Of a stretch of 64,000 nucleotides of DNA, positions 1 to 9,319 are shown one piece after another. This DNA comes from a virus (taxonomy: Duplodnaviria > Caudoviricetes). The stretch is from IMG/VR virus record IMGVR_UViG_3300020576_003495, positions 114,171 through 178,170 of that record; one strand, given 5' to 3'. Below the pieces are notes generated by a model that worked only from the letters and a program-made list of their open reading frames with translations, did no database searches and had not been told where the DNA came from. Made by a program: the position numbers and the translations under genes. Every line of letters starts with the position of its first letter. Position 1 is the first letter of the stretch.

Positions 1-223
1 GATGGATACCTACATTGTTAACAGGAAAACAGGAAGGCGGTTCAAGGTAAAAAAGTACTACCCGCTAACGGGTGAATTGCATTTGATTGACCTCAGCGGC
101 GGCAGGATAAAATCCATGCTCAGACCCCATTTAGGGTTGAACTACGACGTGGTGCGAGAGAAGAAGTCTTGACAAATTATACGCTGTGTGTAATACTATA
201 GTTTTATTTAGGGGGTGTGCAGC

Positions 224-808
224 ATGTTTGATTTTTTGCGTATAACGAGTCTTGCTGATGTTCTTTTAGTGTTAGGCGTGTTGATCCTCTTGTTCTCCTT
301 GGGGTACTTTGCACTTGATTTTTACCGAACCTTAGCGGGGCTAGCTCGCCGGGGAAAGGACAAGCCACCTGTCGGTGAAGACACAGTACAGGGTCTTGAA
401 GCACAGATAAAAGAACTAGACTTGGCGTTGTTCATGAATAAGCAGCGGCTTGAGGAAGCCGAAGCAGACCGTGATAACCTAGTCAAGATTAAAGCCCACA
501 TGGAGTTGCTAGAGCATCTACTTGGCACAGCGCAGAACTACATTAAATTGTTGGAAGAACTGCGCGACACGCCAAGCGCACCTGCCCCCGAAGCAGAGAG
601 TTTTGATTTCTTTGCTTTGGTGTCTTCAGCGCTGGACGATATTGGTACGCCAGAGAACCTGTATGAAGCTGGCGTCTACAATGGCTTGGCTTCAATTCTC
701 AAGGTGTCTGGTGAAGTTGTTGACGTGGTTGATCCGAAGAAATACCCACAGCCAGCGAAACCGTTTGCGCGTGGAAAAGACGGTCGGTTTTGTAGGGCAT
801 CTGCCTGA
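224..808 (+). CDS. hypothetical protein with N-terminal TM helix and coiled coil
   Basis: 197-aa ORF in track; hydrophobic stretch VLLVLGVLILLFSLGYFAL; TTGACA promoter at 169. Confidence 0.7.
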   Translation: MFDFLRITSLADVLLVLGVLILLFSLGYFALDFYRTLAGLARRGKDKPPVGEDTVQGLEAQIKELDLALFMNKQRLEEAEADRDNLVKIKAHMELLEHLLGTAQNYIKLLEELRDTPSAPAPEAESFDFFALVSSALDDIGTPENLYEAGVYNGLASILKVSGEVVDVVDPKKYPQPAKPFARGKDGRFCRASA

Positions 809-952
809 GAATATGCCCCTGTTGGGCGACTATAACGGGGTGCAGTTGTGCCGTTTGTGCGTTGCCCCACATAACAGAAATATTTCTTTCATTTAAGATT
901 AGGGGGGTGTATTATCATCCTTCCTATCCCAATAATAATTGAAGATTTTATA

Positions 953-1807
953 ATGACGCCTTTTCCGATAGTTGCGCAGGGTGAGGATTTCTTGCCTGTT
1001 GCTGATTCCACAGCAGCTTACTTCCAAACGGTAACACGAGAAGACGCCCTTGCTGCAATAAAGCAGCTTTCACAGCAAGAATCTGAGGATTGGTTCAACA
1101 TCGGCAGGGTTCTTTCAGCCTATAGGTCAGGCAGGACAGACTCCGAGTGGAACGATCTTCTGTCCTACGCGGAAGACAATTTTCAGGTCAACAAGCGCAA
1201 AGCTTATTATCTGATCGGAATTTACGAAAGCCTATCCAAGAGCAACATTGCCGTAGAACAAGTTAAGCAGATTGGTTGGACGAAGCTTAAGGAAATCGCC
1301 CACCTACTCACACAGGACAACGTTGAGTACTGGGTTCAGATTGCCACAGAAAACTCTACAAAGAGCCTCTTAGCACTGCTTAAATCGAAGGCTACAGCAG
1401 ACTCCAAAGTAGCGGTGATGCTGGACTCGCACCTGTCAGATACGAACGCGGACGATCCTGTAACACCTTCACCCGATTTTAGTGCCGCTGATGACGTAGC
1501 TGAAGACGGCAACTATGTTAACGGCGCGGATACTTATTTTGTTAGCCCTGTTGTGGGGGTTGATCTAGCCTCGGGGGCTGATATAACGGCAGTTTTTGTT
1601 GGAACCACGGATGGTGGTGGGGAGGTATTTGTACATGAACATGCTGTTTTACCTGTTGAAGTACCGACTGAACACGACACTACCGAACATGCCAGTCTTG
1701 TCGCCGGTGCCGTTGGAGTCCTCAAACAGTACAGCGCCAATGACGTTATCAAAGCCGTGTCGGAACTATTTCCTAATATGAAGATTGTGGCTAAGGGGGT
1801 TATTTAG
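953..1807 (+). CDS. hypothetical protein, paralogue of 1808..2440, possibly DNA-binding
   Basis: Shares RKAxYLIxIYESL...GWTKL motif with the next ORF. Confidence 0.75.
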   Translation: MTPFPIVAQGEDFLPVADSTAAYFQTVTREDALAAIKQLSQQESEDWFNIGRVLSAYRSGRTDSEWNDLLSYAEDNFQVNKRKAYYLIGIYESLSKSNIAVEQVKQIGWTKLKEIAHLLTQDNVEYWVQIATENSTKSLLALLKSKATADSKVAVMLDSHLSDTNADDPVTPSPDFSAADDVAEDGNYVNGADTYFVSPVVGVDLASGADITAVFVGTTDGGGEVFVHEHAVLPVEVPTEHDTTEHASLVAGAVGVLKQYSANDVIKAVSELFPNMKIVAKGVI

Positions 1808-2440
1808 ATGTCCGCACTGTTACCACACTACCCACAAGAATTGACCTTCGAATACCAGAATCTAGCGAAGCTTTCCAAACCAGAGATACTGAATCTGCTG
1901 TCTTTCCTCACGGAGAAGATTAGCCGTTCGTTTATCATGATGGGGGGCTTGTTGCACACCATACGCAAGAACAAATGGTACAACCCAGACTACCCCAACT
2001 TCCAAGACTTTTGTGATGCTTACGCGGAAATACAGTACCGCAAGGCCATGTACCTGATTACGATCTACGAGTCACTGGTGAACAACCATATCCCGTTTGA
2101 AGAAGCCGTCAAGTTAGGGTACACGAAACTCGTTTTGTTGGCACCCTACTTCACGCAGGAAAACTACGAAAGCGTCATATCGTGGGCACTTCCGCTGAAG
2201 ACTTTGCAGGTTGAAACCGCTTTAGCGGGGATGTCCAAGACCGCAAAAGATTTTATTGACAAGGTTTCCAGTGCGTCTACGCTTGAGCCGAGCTACAAAG
2301 AGCCGAAACAGGAAGCACCCGAGTTGCCACACCTTAAGACGTATCTGCTGACCACACCTTTAGCTTTGGTGGTCGAGGCTTTGAATGTTCTGCATCCTGA
2401 TAAGGGCTACGTACTCATTTCAGAAGAGCTATTTGCTTGA
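1808..2440 (+). CDS. hypothetical protein, paralogue of 953..1807
   Basis: RKAMYLITIYESL...GYTKL; starts directly after the upstream stop. Confidence 0.75.
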   Translation: MSALLPHYPQELTFEYQNLAKLSKPEILNLLSFLTEKISRSFIMMGGLLHTIRKNKWYNPDYPNFQDFCDAYAEIQYRKAMYLITIYESLVNNHIPFEEAVKLGYTKLVLLAPYFTQENYESVISWALPLKTLQVETALAGMSKTAKDFIDKVSSASTLEPSYKEPKQEAPELPHLKTYLLTTPLALVVEALNVLHPDKGYVLISEELFA

Positions 2441-2492
2441 CAAATTAGGTAGTTTGTTGTAAAGTATAGTCATACTCACGGAGGGTTGACAA

Positions 2493-2738
2493 ATGGCAAG
2501 CATCAGCAAAATTGTAAATCATATCGAGCAGCTACAAGAAGACGCAGTAGTTCCCTATTACAAGGAACTGTACTCACGAATCCTTAGCGCTTTGCGTTTT
2601 AACGACTTGCGAGCCGCGTTGTGCATCGCTGAGTCAGGTATATCGGGGGCTGATGAGGATCGTAGTTGGGATTCACAGGTAACGTCTGTAATCAACGCCA
2701 TAGACGGTACCTTGGAACACTACGGAATCCCGCTCTAA
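2493..2738 (+). CDS. hypothetical protein
   Basis: Promoter at 2437, GGAGG RBS. Confidence 0.7.
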   Translation: MASISKIVNHIEQLQEDAVVPYYKELYSRILSALRFNDLRAALCIAESGISGADEDRSWDSQVTSVINAIDGTLEHYGIPL

Positions 2739-2793
2739 TCGTAATGTGCCTTCCGGTGGTGTAGAATAGGGCATCCAAACGAGCGGTGACCCT

Positions 2794-3168
2794 ATGAAGC
2801 AGATGTGCCTTTACTACGCCCTTGATAAGTGGCAGGAAGAAGGGGGCTACATTCTGTTTAGAAAAAACACGGATTGGTGCATCCCACATGCGCTGCACTT
2901 AGACCCGAAAACCAGTAAGCTGACGCACTACGTCCCAAAGCAGGGGTTGGCCTATCCATGGTATACCATGTTTGGTTTCGACGGCTACGTTCAGTTTGGG
3001 GATTTGGAGAAAGCCACACCCCTAGACACGCCTTGTATTGTTTTTGGTTCGTTGTGGTTGTCGTTCTTTACTTGCGTCTGGTTTGTTTCACGGCTATTTA
3101 CCCGGCGAAACAAGAGGCGTGCCGACAGGGTGAAGTTTTGGGTCGGTAAGGATAGGCGCAGCCATTAA
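2794..3168 (+). CDS. hypothetical membrane protein
   Basis: 124-aa ORF with C-terminal hydrophobic segment, ends at a terminator. Confidence 0.6.
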   Translation: MKQMCLYYALDKWQEEGGYILFRKNTDWCIPHALHLDPKTSKLTHYVPKQGLAYPWYTMFGFDGYVQFGDLEKATPLDTPCIVFGSLWLSFFTCVWFVSRLFTRRNKRRADRVKFWVGKDRRSH

Positions 3169-3195
3169 AAAAACCTGCCGAAGCAGGTTTATTTT
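3168..3195. terminator. bidirectional intrinsic terminator
   Basis: AAAAAACCTGC-CGAA-GCAGGTTTATTTT between convergent ORFs. Confidence 0.75.
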
Positions 3196-3205
3196 GCAAG
3201 TAATT

Positions 3206-3523
3206 TCAACTGCCTTTGGTGCCGTTAATCGACGCCATTATGTCGCTGTGCAGTTTTGACAGGGTATTAAGTGTCCACAGGAATACTTCGGGGTTCCTTT
3301 GATGGACTTCTTTACAGTTGGGGCAGTCAGTGCCCAGCGGAGTAACTTCAAACCCGCGTGGTTTTTCTTCATCAAGTTCCTTGAGCGCCACAGTACCACA
3401 CGTATTGCATAGGCCCAAAAAGAAGTGTCCCTTGTCTTCTGACAGTCCTTTGTCCTTGGCGAAGTTTGTTACTATTTCATCGTAGCGGCTGGTCATCGTT
3501 TCTCTCTCCATAAAAGCAGTCAT
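3206..3523 (-). CDS. small Zn-finger-like protein
   Basis: CNTC...CPNC; converges on the terminator; true start may be internal. Confidence 0.6.
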   Translation of the reverse strand: MTAFMERETMTSRYDEIVTNFAKDKGLSEDKGHFFLGLCNTCGTVALKELDEEKPRGFEVTPLGTDCPNCKEVHQRNPEVFLWTLNTLSKLHSDIMASINGTKGS

Positions 3524-3558
3524 TATAGGTTCGCACTTGTTTTTGTCAAGGCTGAGTC

Positions 3559-4338
3559 TTGTTATCGTGTAAGTTTAAGTGTACACTGCCGAAAAATAGC
3601 TTGGGGGCGATCATGGGCAGTAAACAACACACTTTCCCGAAGATAGAAAATCTTCCACCACAAATAAAAATCAAGCTGGACGCTATGCTGTTCGATAAGA
3701 AGGGAGTAACAGCAGGGGCTAAGTTCTTAGCCACACTGATTGAGTTCCCAAGTTACCAGAGTTGTTACGCCTATGTGCGTGATTACAAAGAACATTTAGC
3801 AAAAGCTTACGAAGAAAATAAACTACTCCCCCCAACGCTTGTTGAGATAACCAAGGCCAATGTATTAGAAGCCATAGACCTTACGCACAAACAGGCTATG
3901 GAAGCGTCAGACTTGATGCAGCAGGTAAGAGCAAACGAGCAGTCTTTGGAGTACGTGCGGGATTTCACAGCGCTGCAAGAAATGACGCTACTGGCGTTCA
4001 TACAAAAAGAACGTACACTGAAGCTTTACGCGCAAGAAAAAGCATCAACTACGGCAGAGGGGTTCATTTCCCCTGTTTGCGGTTTGCGGGATCAACTGGA
4101 ATCTACGTTCGCCATGTTCTCAAAGATAGCTCAACTCCAAATGGACTTGGGTATTCTTGAAAAGACAGAGAAGGATTCCAAGGGTCTGAACGTAGTTGCC
4201 AAACAGCAACAGGAAGCGTTGATAAAACGGTTCAAGCAGCAACAGCACCTAAACGACTTAACCACACGTGCCTTGGAAGTCATTCTGGAAGATGGTGATG
4301 GTGGGGACGACGATCAACCCGAGCCAACAGAAGGGTGA
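3559..4338 (+). CDS. hypothetical protein; N-terminus reminiscent of DUF3486/Mu gp27 small-terminase-like proteins
   Basis: KIENLPPQIKIKLDAML motif, helical body; family call tentative. Confidence 0.45.
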   Translation: MLSCKFKCTLPKNSLGAIMGSKQHTFPKIENLPPQIKIKLDAMLFDKKGVTAGAKFLATLIEFPSYQSCYAYVRDYKEHLAKAYEENKLLPPTLVEITKANVLEAIDLTHKQAMEASDLMQQVRANEQSLEYVRDFTALQEMTLLAFIQKERTLKLYAQEKASTTAEGFISPVCGLRDQLESTFAMFSKIAQLQMDLGILEKTEKDSKGLNVVAKQQQEALIKRFKQQQHLNDLTTRALEVILEDGDGGDDDQPEPTEG

Positions 4339-4344
4339 TACCCC

Positions 4345-4662
4345 ATGTTTTTATTAGATCAGCTTGTAGCCGCGTCAAAAAACTCAGTCTCCAAGGCAAA
4401 GAGGAAGCCGACGATAAGGAAAAAGTCTTCTGGACTAACCCAACGTGAGCAGGATCATCTTGATGCGTTAATTGCGATGGGTGGCCGGGGGACAACAACT
4501 GACATCGGGTTTAGAGTAGCGGGACTCTACTACAGCGGGTTGATGTACCTAAGAAAGCTTGAGGCCAAAGGATTTGTCCGTGTTGTGGGTGCTGTTGATC
4601 GGGACGGGTCTAACCCCCCCTACATATGGGAAGTCGTTGATGCAGAAAAACAACACTCTTAG
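4345..4662 (+). CDS. winged-HTH protein
   Basis: TTTDIG...YLRKLEAKGFVRVVG...W pattern. Confidence 0.6.
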   Translation: MFLLDQLVAASKNSVSKAKRKPTIRKKSSGLTQREQDHLDALIAMGGRGTTTDIGFRVAGLYYSGLMYLRKLEAKGFVRVVGAVDRDGSNPPYIWEVVDAEKQHS

Positions 4663-4765
4663 TCCCCACAAAAATAATTTCAAAAAATAGTTGACACTTC
4701 GTTTTTAGGTGAGTTACCATAGCAACACTTCTGGGGGATTCCTCAGAGCTAATCGGATCAGAACC

Positions 4766-4894
4766 ATGTTTTCACTGCTGCATTCACGACTTGAAAAACC
4801 ACTAAGCCCCAAAAGGGCCGCGTGTGCTACCACTTCGTTTATTAGTCAGGAGAATTATGATTGGTCTGGTTGTGGGCTTGTAGGGATGGGATAA
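4766..4894 (+). CDS. short ORF, possible leader peptide ahead of the RNA island
   Basis: 42 codons between the promoter at 4691 and the terminator at ~4924. Confidence 0.35.
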   Translation: MFSLLHSRLEKPLSPKRAACATTSFISQENYDWSGCGLVGMG

Positions 4895-4923
4895 AACTCA
4901 CCCCCTCTAACTCTAAAAAGAGA

Positions 4924-4962
4924 AGCCCAAGACCCTAACGGATTTTGGGCTTTTCCCATTTT
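4924..4962 (+). terminator. intrinsic terminator
   Basis: AGCCCAAGA...TTTTGGGCT stem followed by T-rich tract. Confidence 0.6.
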
Positions 4963-4995
4963 TGCAACATGAAATGAAGTTTTTGAAGAAAGTGC

Positions 4996-5024
4996 TTGAC
5001 AAATGGTTTGATGTTCTGTAGAAT
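4996..5024 (+). promoter_or_regulatory. sigma70-like promoter for the RNA island
   Basis: TTGACA-17 nt-TAGAAT. Confidence 0.8.
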
Positions 5025-5522
5025 GCGAACTGTTGAATCAAGAAAGGAAGCAAGATGCAAAAAGAATGGATGCGGAGAATTTTCCGCTAGTAGTAACAGT
5101 GGATGCGCAACGAGGGTGCATACCCCACTTAAAACATGGTAGAACGGGCGGGACTTAGGATCGTAACCCTAGTGTGGGCGAAAAGATCAAGTTCATAAGC
5201 AAGCACCTTGCGACAATAGCGAGCAGCGATAGGGTAGGTCAGATTTTGCCAGACTTCGGGGATTTCATGATAACGCCTGACAATAGTTCGCAGCGATAGC
5301 AGGATGCTTCCTTATAAAGAAAAACGTCGCGGAGTGATAACAACGGGTGCCTAATATTGGCCGATGTGACACCACCAACGAGCCGCTAGCAGCGGTCAAG
5401 GGGATGAAAAGTCTCCACCAGTAAAACAACTTGTGAAGGTTGAGGTCGACTCAGGACACACCTTTGCGGATTGATCGGAGCAGGTTGTTTTACTGAATAC
5501 CTTCGCAAGAGGGTGTTGTTTC

Positions 5523-5602
5523 GGGGATGGGGACTGCTTGGTGTGGTCGCTTCACTGTCAATGAAGATATTCAGGCGAGTTCGAATCTCGTCATTCCCGC
5601 CA
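5523..5602 (+). tRNA. tRNA-Asp(GTC)
   Basis: Cloverleaf; CTTCA-CTGTCAA-TGAAG; ends GCCA. Confidence 0.9.
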
Positions 5603-5611
5603 CAGGAAATT

Positions 5612-5698
5612 GGGTTAGAAGCCGTAATGGTATGGCCCCGGACTGTAAATCCGAGAGCGTGGCTGCACGAGTTGGTTCGATTCCAACCTAACCCACCA
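5612..5698 (+). tRNA. tRNA-Tyr(GTA)
   Basis: CGGA-CTGTAAA-TCCG; long variable arm; ACCA. Confidence 0.9.
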
Positions 5699-5733
5699 TT
5701 GACATTCTTTACAGAGTGCAGTATTCTGTAATT

Positions 5734-6138
5734 ATGAAAATATGCACATCCTGCAAGCAAGAGCTTCCTTCGGAAGCGTTTTATAAGAACGCCGTTACGC
5801 TGGACGGTCTAGGTTCTCAGTGCAAGCGTTGCGACGGCGCGGGTAAGCAAGTTAAAGCTAGAGAAAATAAGCGCCGTCTTGTTGATGCTTTTGGCGGTTG
5901 TTGTAGCGTCTGCGGATACAGTAAATCCCTACAAGTTCTACAGTTTCATCACCACGAGCCTAACAAAGAACGTGGTGTGTCTGATTTACTTAGGAATAAA
6001 TACGAAGTAGCACTGGCCGAAGCTAAAAAGTGTATCTTGCTTTGCTCTAACTGTCATTTGGAATTACATGAAAAAGAGAGGCCACCATTAGTATATGGTG
6101 CTACTCGTAGGGGTAGGTCTAAAACAGTGGTATGCTAG
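5734..6138 (+). CDS. HNH-type endonuclease with Zn fingers
   Basis: CTSC..CKRC..CSVC; FHH...LLCSNCHLELH; own TTGACA promoter at 5699. Confidence 0.8.
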   Translation: MKICTSCKQELPSEAFYKNAVTLDGLGSQCKRCDGAGKQVKARENKRRLVDAFGGCCSVCGYSKSLQVLQFHHHEPNKERGVSDLLRNKYEVALAEAKKCILLCSNCHLELHEKERPPLVYGATRRGRSKTVVC

Positions 6139-6171
6139 ACATAGGGGGTTCGATTCCCTCACCCACCACCA
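6131..6171 (+). pseudogene. 3' remnant of a tRNA-Tyr-like gene
   Basis: Variable-arm hairpin TATG-CTAGA-CATA, T arm, ACCCACC-ACCA; no 5' half adjacent. Confidence 0.65.
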
Positions 6172-6450
6172 GAATTCGCTTGGTTAGCGAAGTAGTCAGA
6201 GCACAACTGACGATAACTCAAACGTGGGAGATGCCGTCACCTTAATAGGCAACCGTGGATGTCAGGGAGTCTGGCTCACTAAATCACTGGTAGAAGGATG
6301 TTGATTAGATACTCATCTGAATAAGGTCTTAGGGATTTGATCACCCTATCTCTACGGGTACCAGAGAGAGAAGCACTAACCATGCAGATCACCTTATTTT
6401 GTCCAACAGGGTCGCCCCCTGTAAGCAAAGCCTTGATTGATCATCAAGGT

Positions 6451-6531
6451 ACTCCAAGGTCGTCCAATGGGAAGATACCCTGCATTTTGCGCGGGGAGAT
6501 GCGGGTTTCGAAGTCCTGCCCTAAACGGAGT
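6451..6531 (+). ncRNA. degenerate tRNA-like element
   Basis: D-like arm, CCCTGC/GCGGGG stem, GCGGG-TTTCGAAGT-CCTGC T-like arm; no CCA. Confidence 0.45.
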
Positions 6532-6726
6532 CAAGAACAGCGTAACGCTTACGGTGTAAATCCGAAGCTTCGTGGGCTAATCTACCCCCACTGAGGTTAT
6601 CCCCACCAAGAAACAGAAGGGGCAGAATTTGTCGTTAATCAGAAAAGAATGCAGTTAGCCGAATAACCGGACTCTACTTGTAGAGCGACAGTGAAAGCCT
6701 GTACCGGGAGACACTAAGTATTATAC

Positions 6727-6753
6727 GGGGGTATGGCTCAATTGGCACAGCAC
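6727..6753 (+). pseudogene. 5' remnant of a tRNA-Ala-like gene
   Basis: GGGGGTA TG GCT CAATTGGCAC AGC, then interrupted. Confidence 0.65.
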
Positions 6754-6770
6754 TTATGGTATACTAGGGT

Positions 6771-7247
6771 ATGAGTTATATATTTGTACCCGCCCCTGAG
6801 AATTACCCCGGAACGATCTACCAGTACGGTAATAGAATTTTAGAACACCATTTAGTGTGGTGGTTGTCTACGGGGTTACTTGTTCCAGATGGTTACGTTT
6901 TGCACCATAAAGACGAAGACCCAACTAACAATGAATTTAGTAACTTGGAGTTGATGCTTGAGGGTGACCATATCCGCCACCACAACACACAGCACACCAT
7001 TGCTAGATTTGTATGCCGTAGGTGCGGAAATACGTTTGACCGAAATACCAGAGTTATTTCTGATGGGTCAAAACATATCTATTGCTCAAAAAGGTGTTCA
7101 GCGCTCAGCACATCAGGAAGATGCCGCCTTAGCGAAGATATGAAGGAAAAAGTGCGGTTGCTTAGAATTTCTGGTGGGTCGACTAGAAGTATTTCCAGAG
7201 AGTTAGGTATTAGTCGCAACACTGTGATGAAGTATTGGGGGATATAG
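6771..7247 (+). CDS. HNH homing endonuclease with Zn finger and C-terminal HTH
   Basis: LHHKDEDPTNNEFSNL; SISRELGISRNTV. Confidence 0.9.
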   Translation: MSYIFVPAPENYPGTIYQYGNRILEHHLVWWLSTGLLVPDGYVLHHKDEDPTNNEFSNLELMLEGDHIRHHNTQHTIARFVCRRCGNTFDRNTRVISDGSKHIYCSKRCSALSTSGRCRLSEDMKEKVRLLRISGGSTRSISRELGISRNTVMKYWGI

Positions 7248-7308
7248 ATGGGCTAAACAACTGATTTGCAATCAGTTAGGGACGGATCGTTACCGTCATT
7301 CTCCACCA
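7237..7308 (+). tRNA. tRNA-Ala(TGC), atypical D and T loops
   Basis: G3:U70; ACTGA-TTTGCAA-TCAGT; ACCA; overlaps the HNH stop. Confidence 0.75.
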
Positions 7309-7408
7309 AGTTTCAAGCTAGACGGCAAGATTGAGCTACGGGTGCTCTCTTGTTCGTGACAAGCCAGTAAGGCTCCCCAAAAGAGATAGCTGGTCGCTTT
7401 TTTACAAT

Positions 7409-7492
7409 GCGAGTGTGGCGTAATTGGTAGCCGCAGCGGTTTTAGAAGCCGCCGTTAATTCGTGGTGGGTTCGACTCCCCCCACTCGCACCA
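7409..7492 (+). tRNA. tRNA-Leu(TAG)
   Basis: GCGGT-TTTAGAA-GCCGC; ACCA. Confidence 0.9.
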
Positions 7493-7500
7493 AGTTTTAT

Positions 7501-7578
7501 CTACCTGTCGCCTAGTCTGGTATGGCCCCTGATTTGGGATCAGGCATAACCTCAGTTCAAATCTGAGCAGGTAGACCA
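7501..7578 (+). tRNA. tRNA-Pro(TGG)
   Basis: CCTGA-TTTGGGA-TCAGG; ACCA. Confidence 0.92.
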
Positions 7579-7659
7579 GAATACTCCGTCATTGCGACTT
7601 GCACAGCAGCAGTGCCGGGAAAGGCAGTGTGCAAGCTGCCTGAGAGTTTTATTAGATTT

Positions 7660-7735
7660 GCCCCCTAAGCACATGTGGACGTGTGTCAGTCTCCAAAACT
7701 GAAGGTAGGCGGTTCGAGGCCGTCAGGGGGTGCCA
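7660..7735 (+). tRNA. tRNA-Trp(CCA)
   Basis: TCAGT-CTCCAAA-ACTGA; GCCA. Confidence 0.9.
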
Positions 7736-7758
7736 ATGAAAGTAATTGCAAATACCCA

Positions 7759-7787
7759 TTGACAAATCGGGGGAGCTTTTATATAAT
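7759..7787 (+). promoter_or_regulatory. consensus sigma70 promoter
   Basis: TTGACA-17 nt-TATAAT directly upstream of the ncRNA at 7799. Confidence 0.9.
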
Positions 7788-7798
7788 TAGTAAAACAC

Positions 7799-8141
7799 TG
7801 TTAGATGCGTGTTTTTGGAGGTGGGCTTAGAAGCAGCCATCCTTAATGAGTAGGGCAAGTGCTGTATGCGGATACACATAGGCTGAGAAGGGCATCATTC
7901 AGGCCGAAAAGTTCAATAGGGTTTTGTGTGGATTCTTAGGGAGGCTGGCGTTAGGCCAGATAGCCGAAAGACGAAGCAAAATCACGCCAAGGCAGCTTCG
8001 CAAACTGCTGAAGGAATGGGAGTAGCACTCCCTGAGAACGAATGGGCGTACAGGGCCACACAGCTAGTATCAAGGGGAAGTTGCCGGTAATCCCCACGAT
8101 CCCTTTTGGCGTGACAGCACACCAAGAATACGCATCTAACA
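7799..8141 (+). ncRNA. ~340-nt structured RNA containing a split 23S rRNA L11-binding (H43/H44) mimic, copy 1
   Basis: 20-bp closing stem; GGCTTAGAAGCAGCCATCC ... GCGTGACAGCACAC; paralogue at 11582. Confidence 0.8.
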
Positions 8142-8157
8142 CTGTTGTAAAAAGTTT

Positions 8158-8196
8158 GGCGAGGAGGTTGTTGGTTACCAGACAGGCTCATAACCT
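8158..8196 (+). pseudogene. 5' remnant of tRNA-Met(CAT)
   Basis: GGCGAGG...CAGG-CTCATAA-CCT, then interrupted. Confidence 0.7.
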
Positions 8197-8235
8197 TTTT
8201 CGCTAGTTGTGTTATGATACCCGTGGGGGTATGCA

Positions 8236-8688
8236 ATGACACACTTACTATGTTGCAGTTGTAAAGAAAGCAAGCCTTTAGCTAGCTTTTCCAAAGACAA
8301 GAGTTCAAAGCGTGGGTACGCTAGTAAATGTAAAGACTGCCATAATACCTACGTGCGTACTGTGTGGTACCCAAAGAACAAGGATAAGCAGGTAGCGTCT
8401 GTTGCTCGTTTTAAAACAGCCAACAGACTGAAAGAAATCGCTTGGCGGCACGGTGTTCCGTTAGCGGATGTAGAAGAAGCAATAGAGCGCAGTTCTGGGG
8501 CTTGTGAAAGCTGCGGTTCCACTGTCTCTGTTGTGCTAGACCACTGCCACACCACGTCTAAAGTTAGAGGCGTCTTGTGCATGCGTTGTAATACAGTTTT
8601 AGGTAGGCTAGGGGATTCTTACGAGAGTGTTAAACAGCACATGGAGAGTTTGCTGGCCTATTTGGAAAAAAGTTTCGCGGGTGAGTGA
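8236..8688 (+). CDS. endonuclease VII-like HNH endonuclease
   Basis: CESC..LDHCHTTSKVRGVLCMRCN. Confidence 0.9.
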   Translation: MTHLLCCSCKESKPLASFSKDKSSKRGYASKCKDCHNTYVRTVWYPKNKDKQVASVARFKTANRLKEIAWRHGVPLADVEEAIERSSGACESCGSTVSVVLDHCHTTSKVRGVLCMRCNTVLGRLGDSYESVKQHMESLLAYLEKSFAGE

Positions 8689-8753
8689 AACGTCTTACAC
8701 AATGGGTTCATATCCCATTAACAGCAGGGTTAGACTCCCTGTACCCGCAACCA
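8676..8753 (+). tRNA. initiator tRNA-fMet(CAT)
   Basis: C1:A72 mismatch; ATGGG-TTCATAT-CCCAT; ACCA; overlaps the endonuclease stop. Confidence 0.85.
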
Positions 8754-8755
8754 GT

Positions 8756-8882
8756 TTCTGTGGCGTAAATAACGATTTCCTCAATGCCAATGAAGTAACG
8801 TGGGTTCGAATCCCATCGGCTCGTAAGGGCTGTCGTCTAGTGGTTAGGACACTAAAAATTTCGTTGTTGCTTGTTCCCAGAA
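8756..8882 (+). ncRNA. YrlA-type Y RNA with permuted tRNA-like domain
   Basis: Closing stem CTGTGGCGTA/GCTTGTTCCCAG; T arm GTGGGTTCGAATCCCAT precedes D arm GTCTAGTGGTTAGGAC. Confidence 0.75.
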
Positions 8883-8894
8883 TTAAACAAAGGC

Positions 8895-9130
8895 CAGAAG
8901 CCTAAGTAGTTCCCCGAGCATACGGTAAACGTGGGGTTCCCTTGAACAGACTGTTCTTCAACTTCTGTTCGGGGGGATCATGCGACAGTTTTACGGTGTG
9001 TGCTTTCGTGCCGGTTCTACTAGAATCAAAATTTTATCAAAGCATAGAACCTTGGTGGGGGCTAGGAAAGCCTCAAAATCACTAAAGGTCAGCAGTTGTA
9101 TTTACAGAATTACGTGGGGGCTTGTTCCTG
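8895..9130 (+). ncRNA. large RNA closed by a Y-RNA-like stem
   Basis: Ends GGCTTGTTCCTG pairing with CAGAAGCC; long internal hairpins. Confidence 0.45.
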
Positions 9131-9162
9131 TGTTCATAGAAGGATCACCCCAGTAGCAGATT

Positions 9163-9228
9163 TGCGTGGTGTATGGTTACCGTTACTTCTATCTTAGTGA
9201 AATCACACGGTTACCGCTTGTTCCCGCA
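9163..9228 (+). ncRNA. minimal Y-RNA-like hairpin
   Basis: TGCGTGGTGTA...GCTTGTTCCCGCA. Confidence 0.6.
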
Positions 9229-9237
9229 TTTATTTAT

Positions 9238-9314
9238 TGCTTGTTAGCTCAGTCCGGCAGAGCATTGTCTTGATAAGGCACAGGTCGTCGGTTCAAATCC
9301 GACACAAGCAACCA
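9238..9314 (+). tRNA. tRNA-Ile(GAT)
   Basis: TGTC-TTGATAA-GGCA; ACCA. Confidence 0.92.
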
Positions 9315-9319
9315 AGTTT

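Noticed and set aside
7799-8141. A true 23S rRNA gene fragment, or RNase P RNA
   Set aside because: Only the ~55-nt H43/H44 domain matches, inside its own closing stem. The 3' part faintly recalls RNase P, but the GAGGAAAGUCC element is absent.
6727-8753. Group I introns within tRNAs
   Set aside because: Only 17-40 nt separate remnant and ORF, no P7 core is visible, and the flanking acceptor strands do not match each other.
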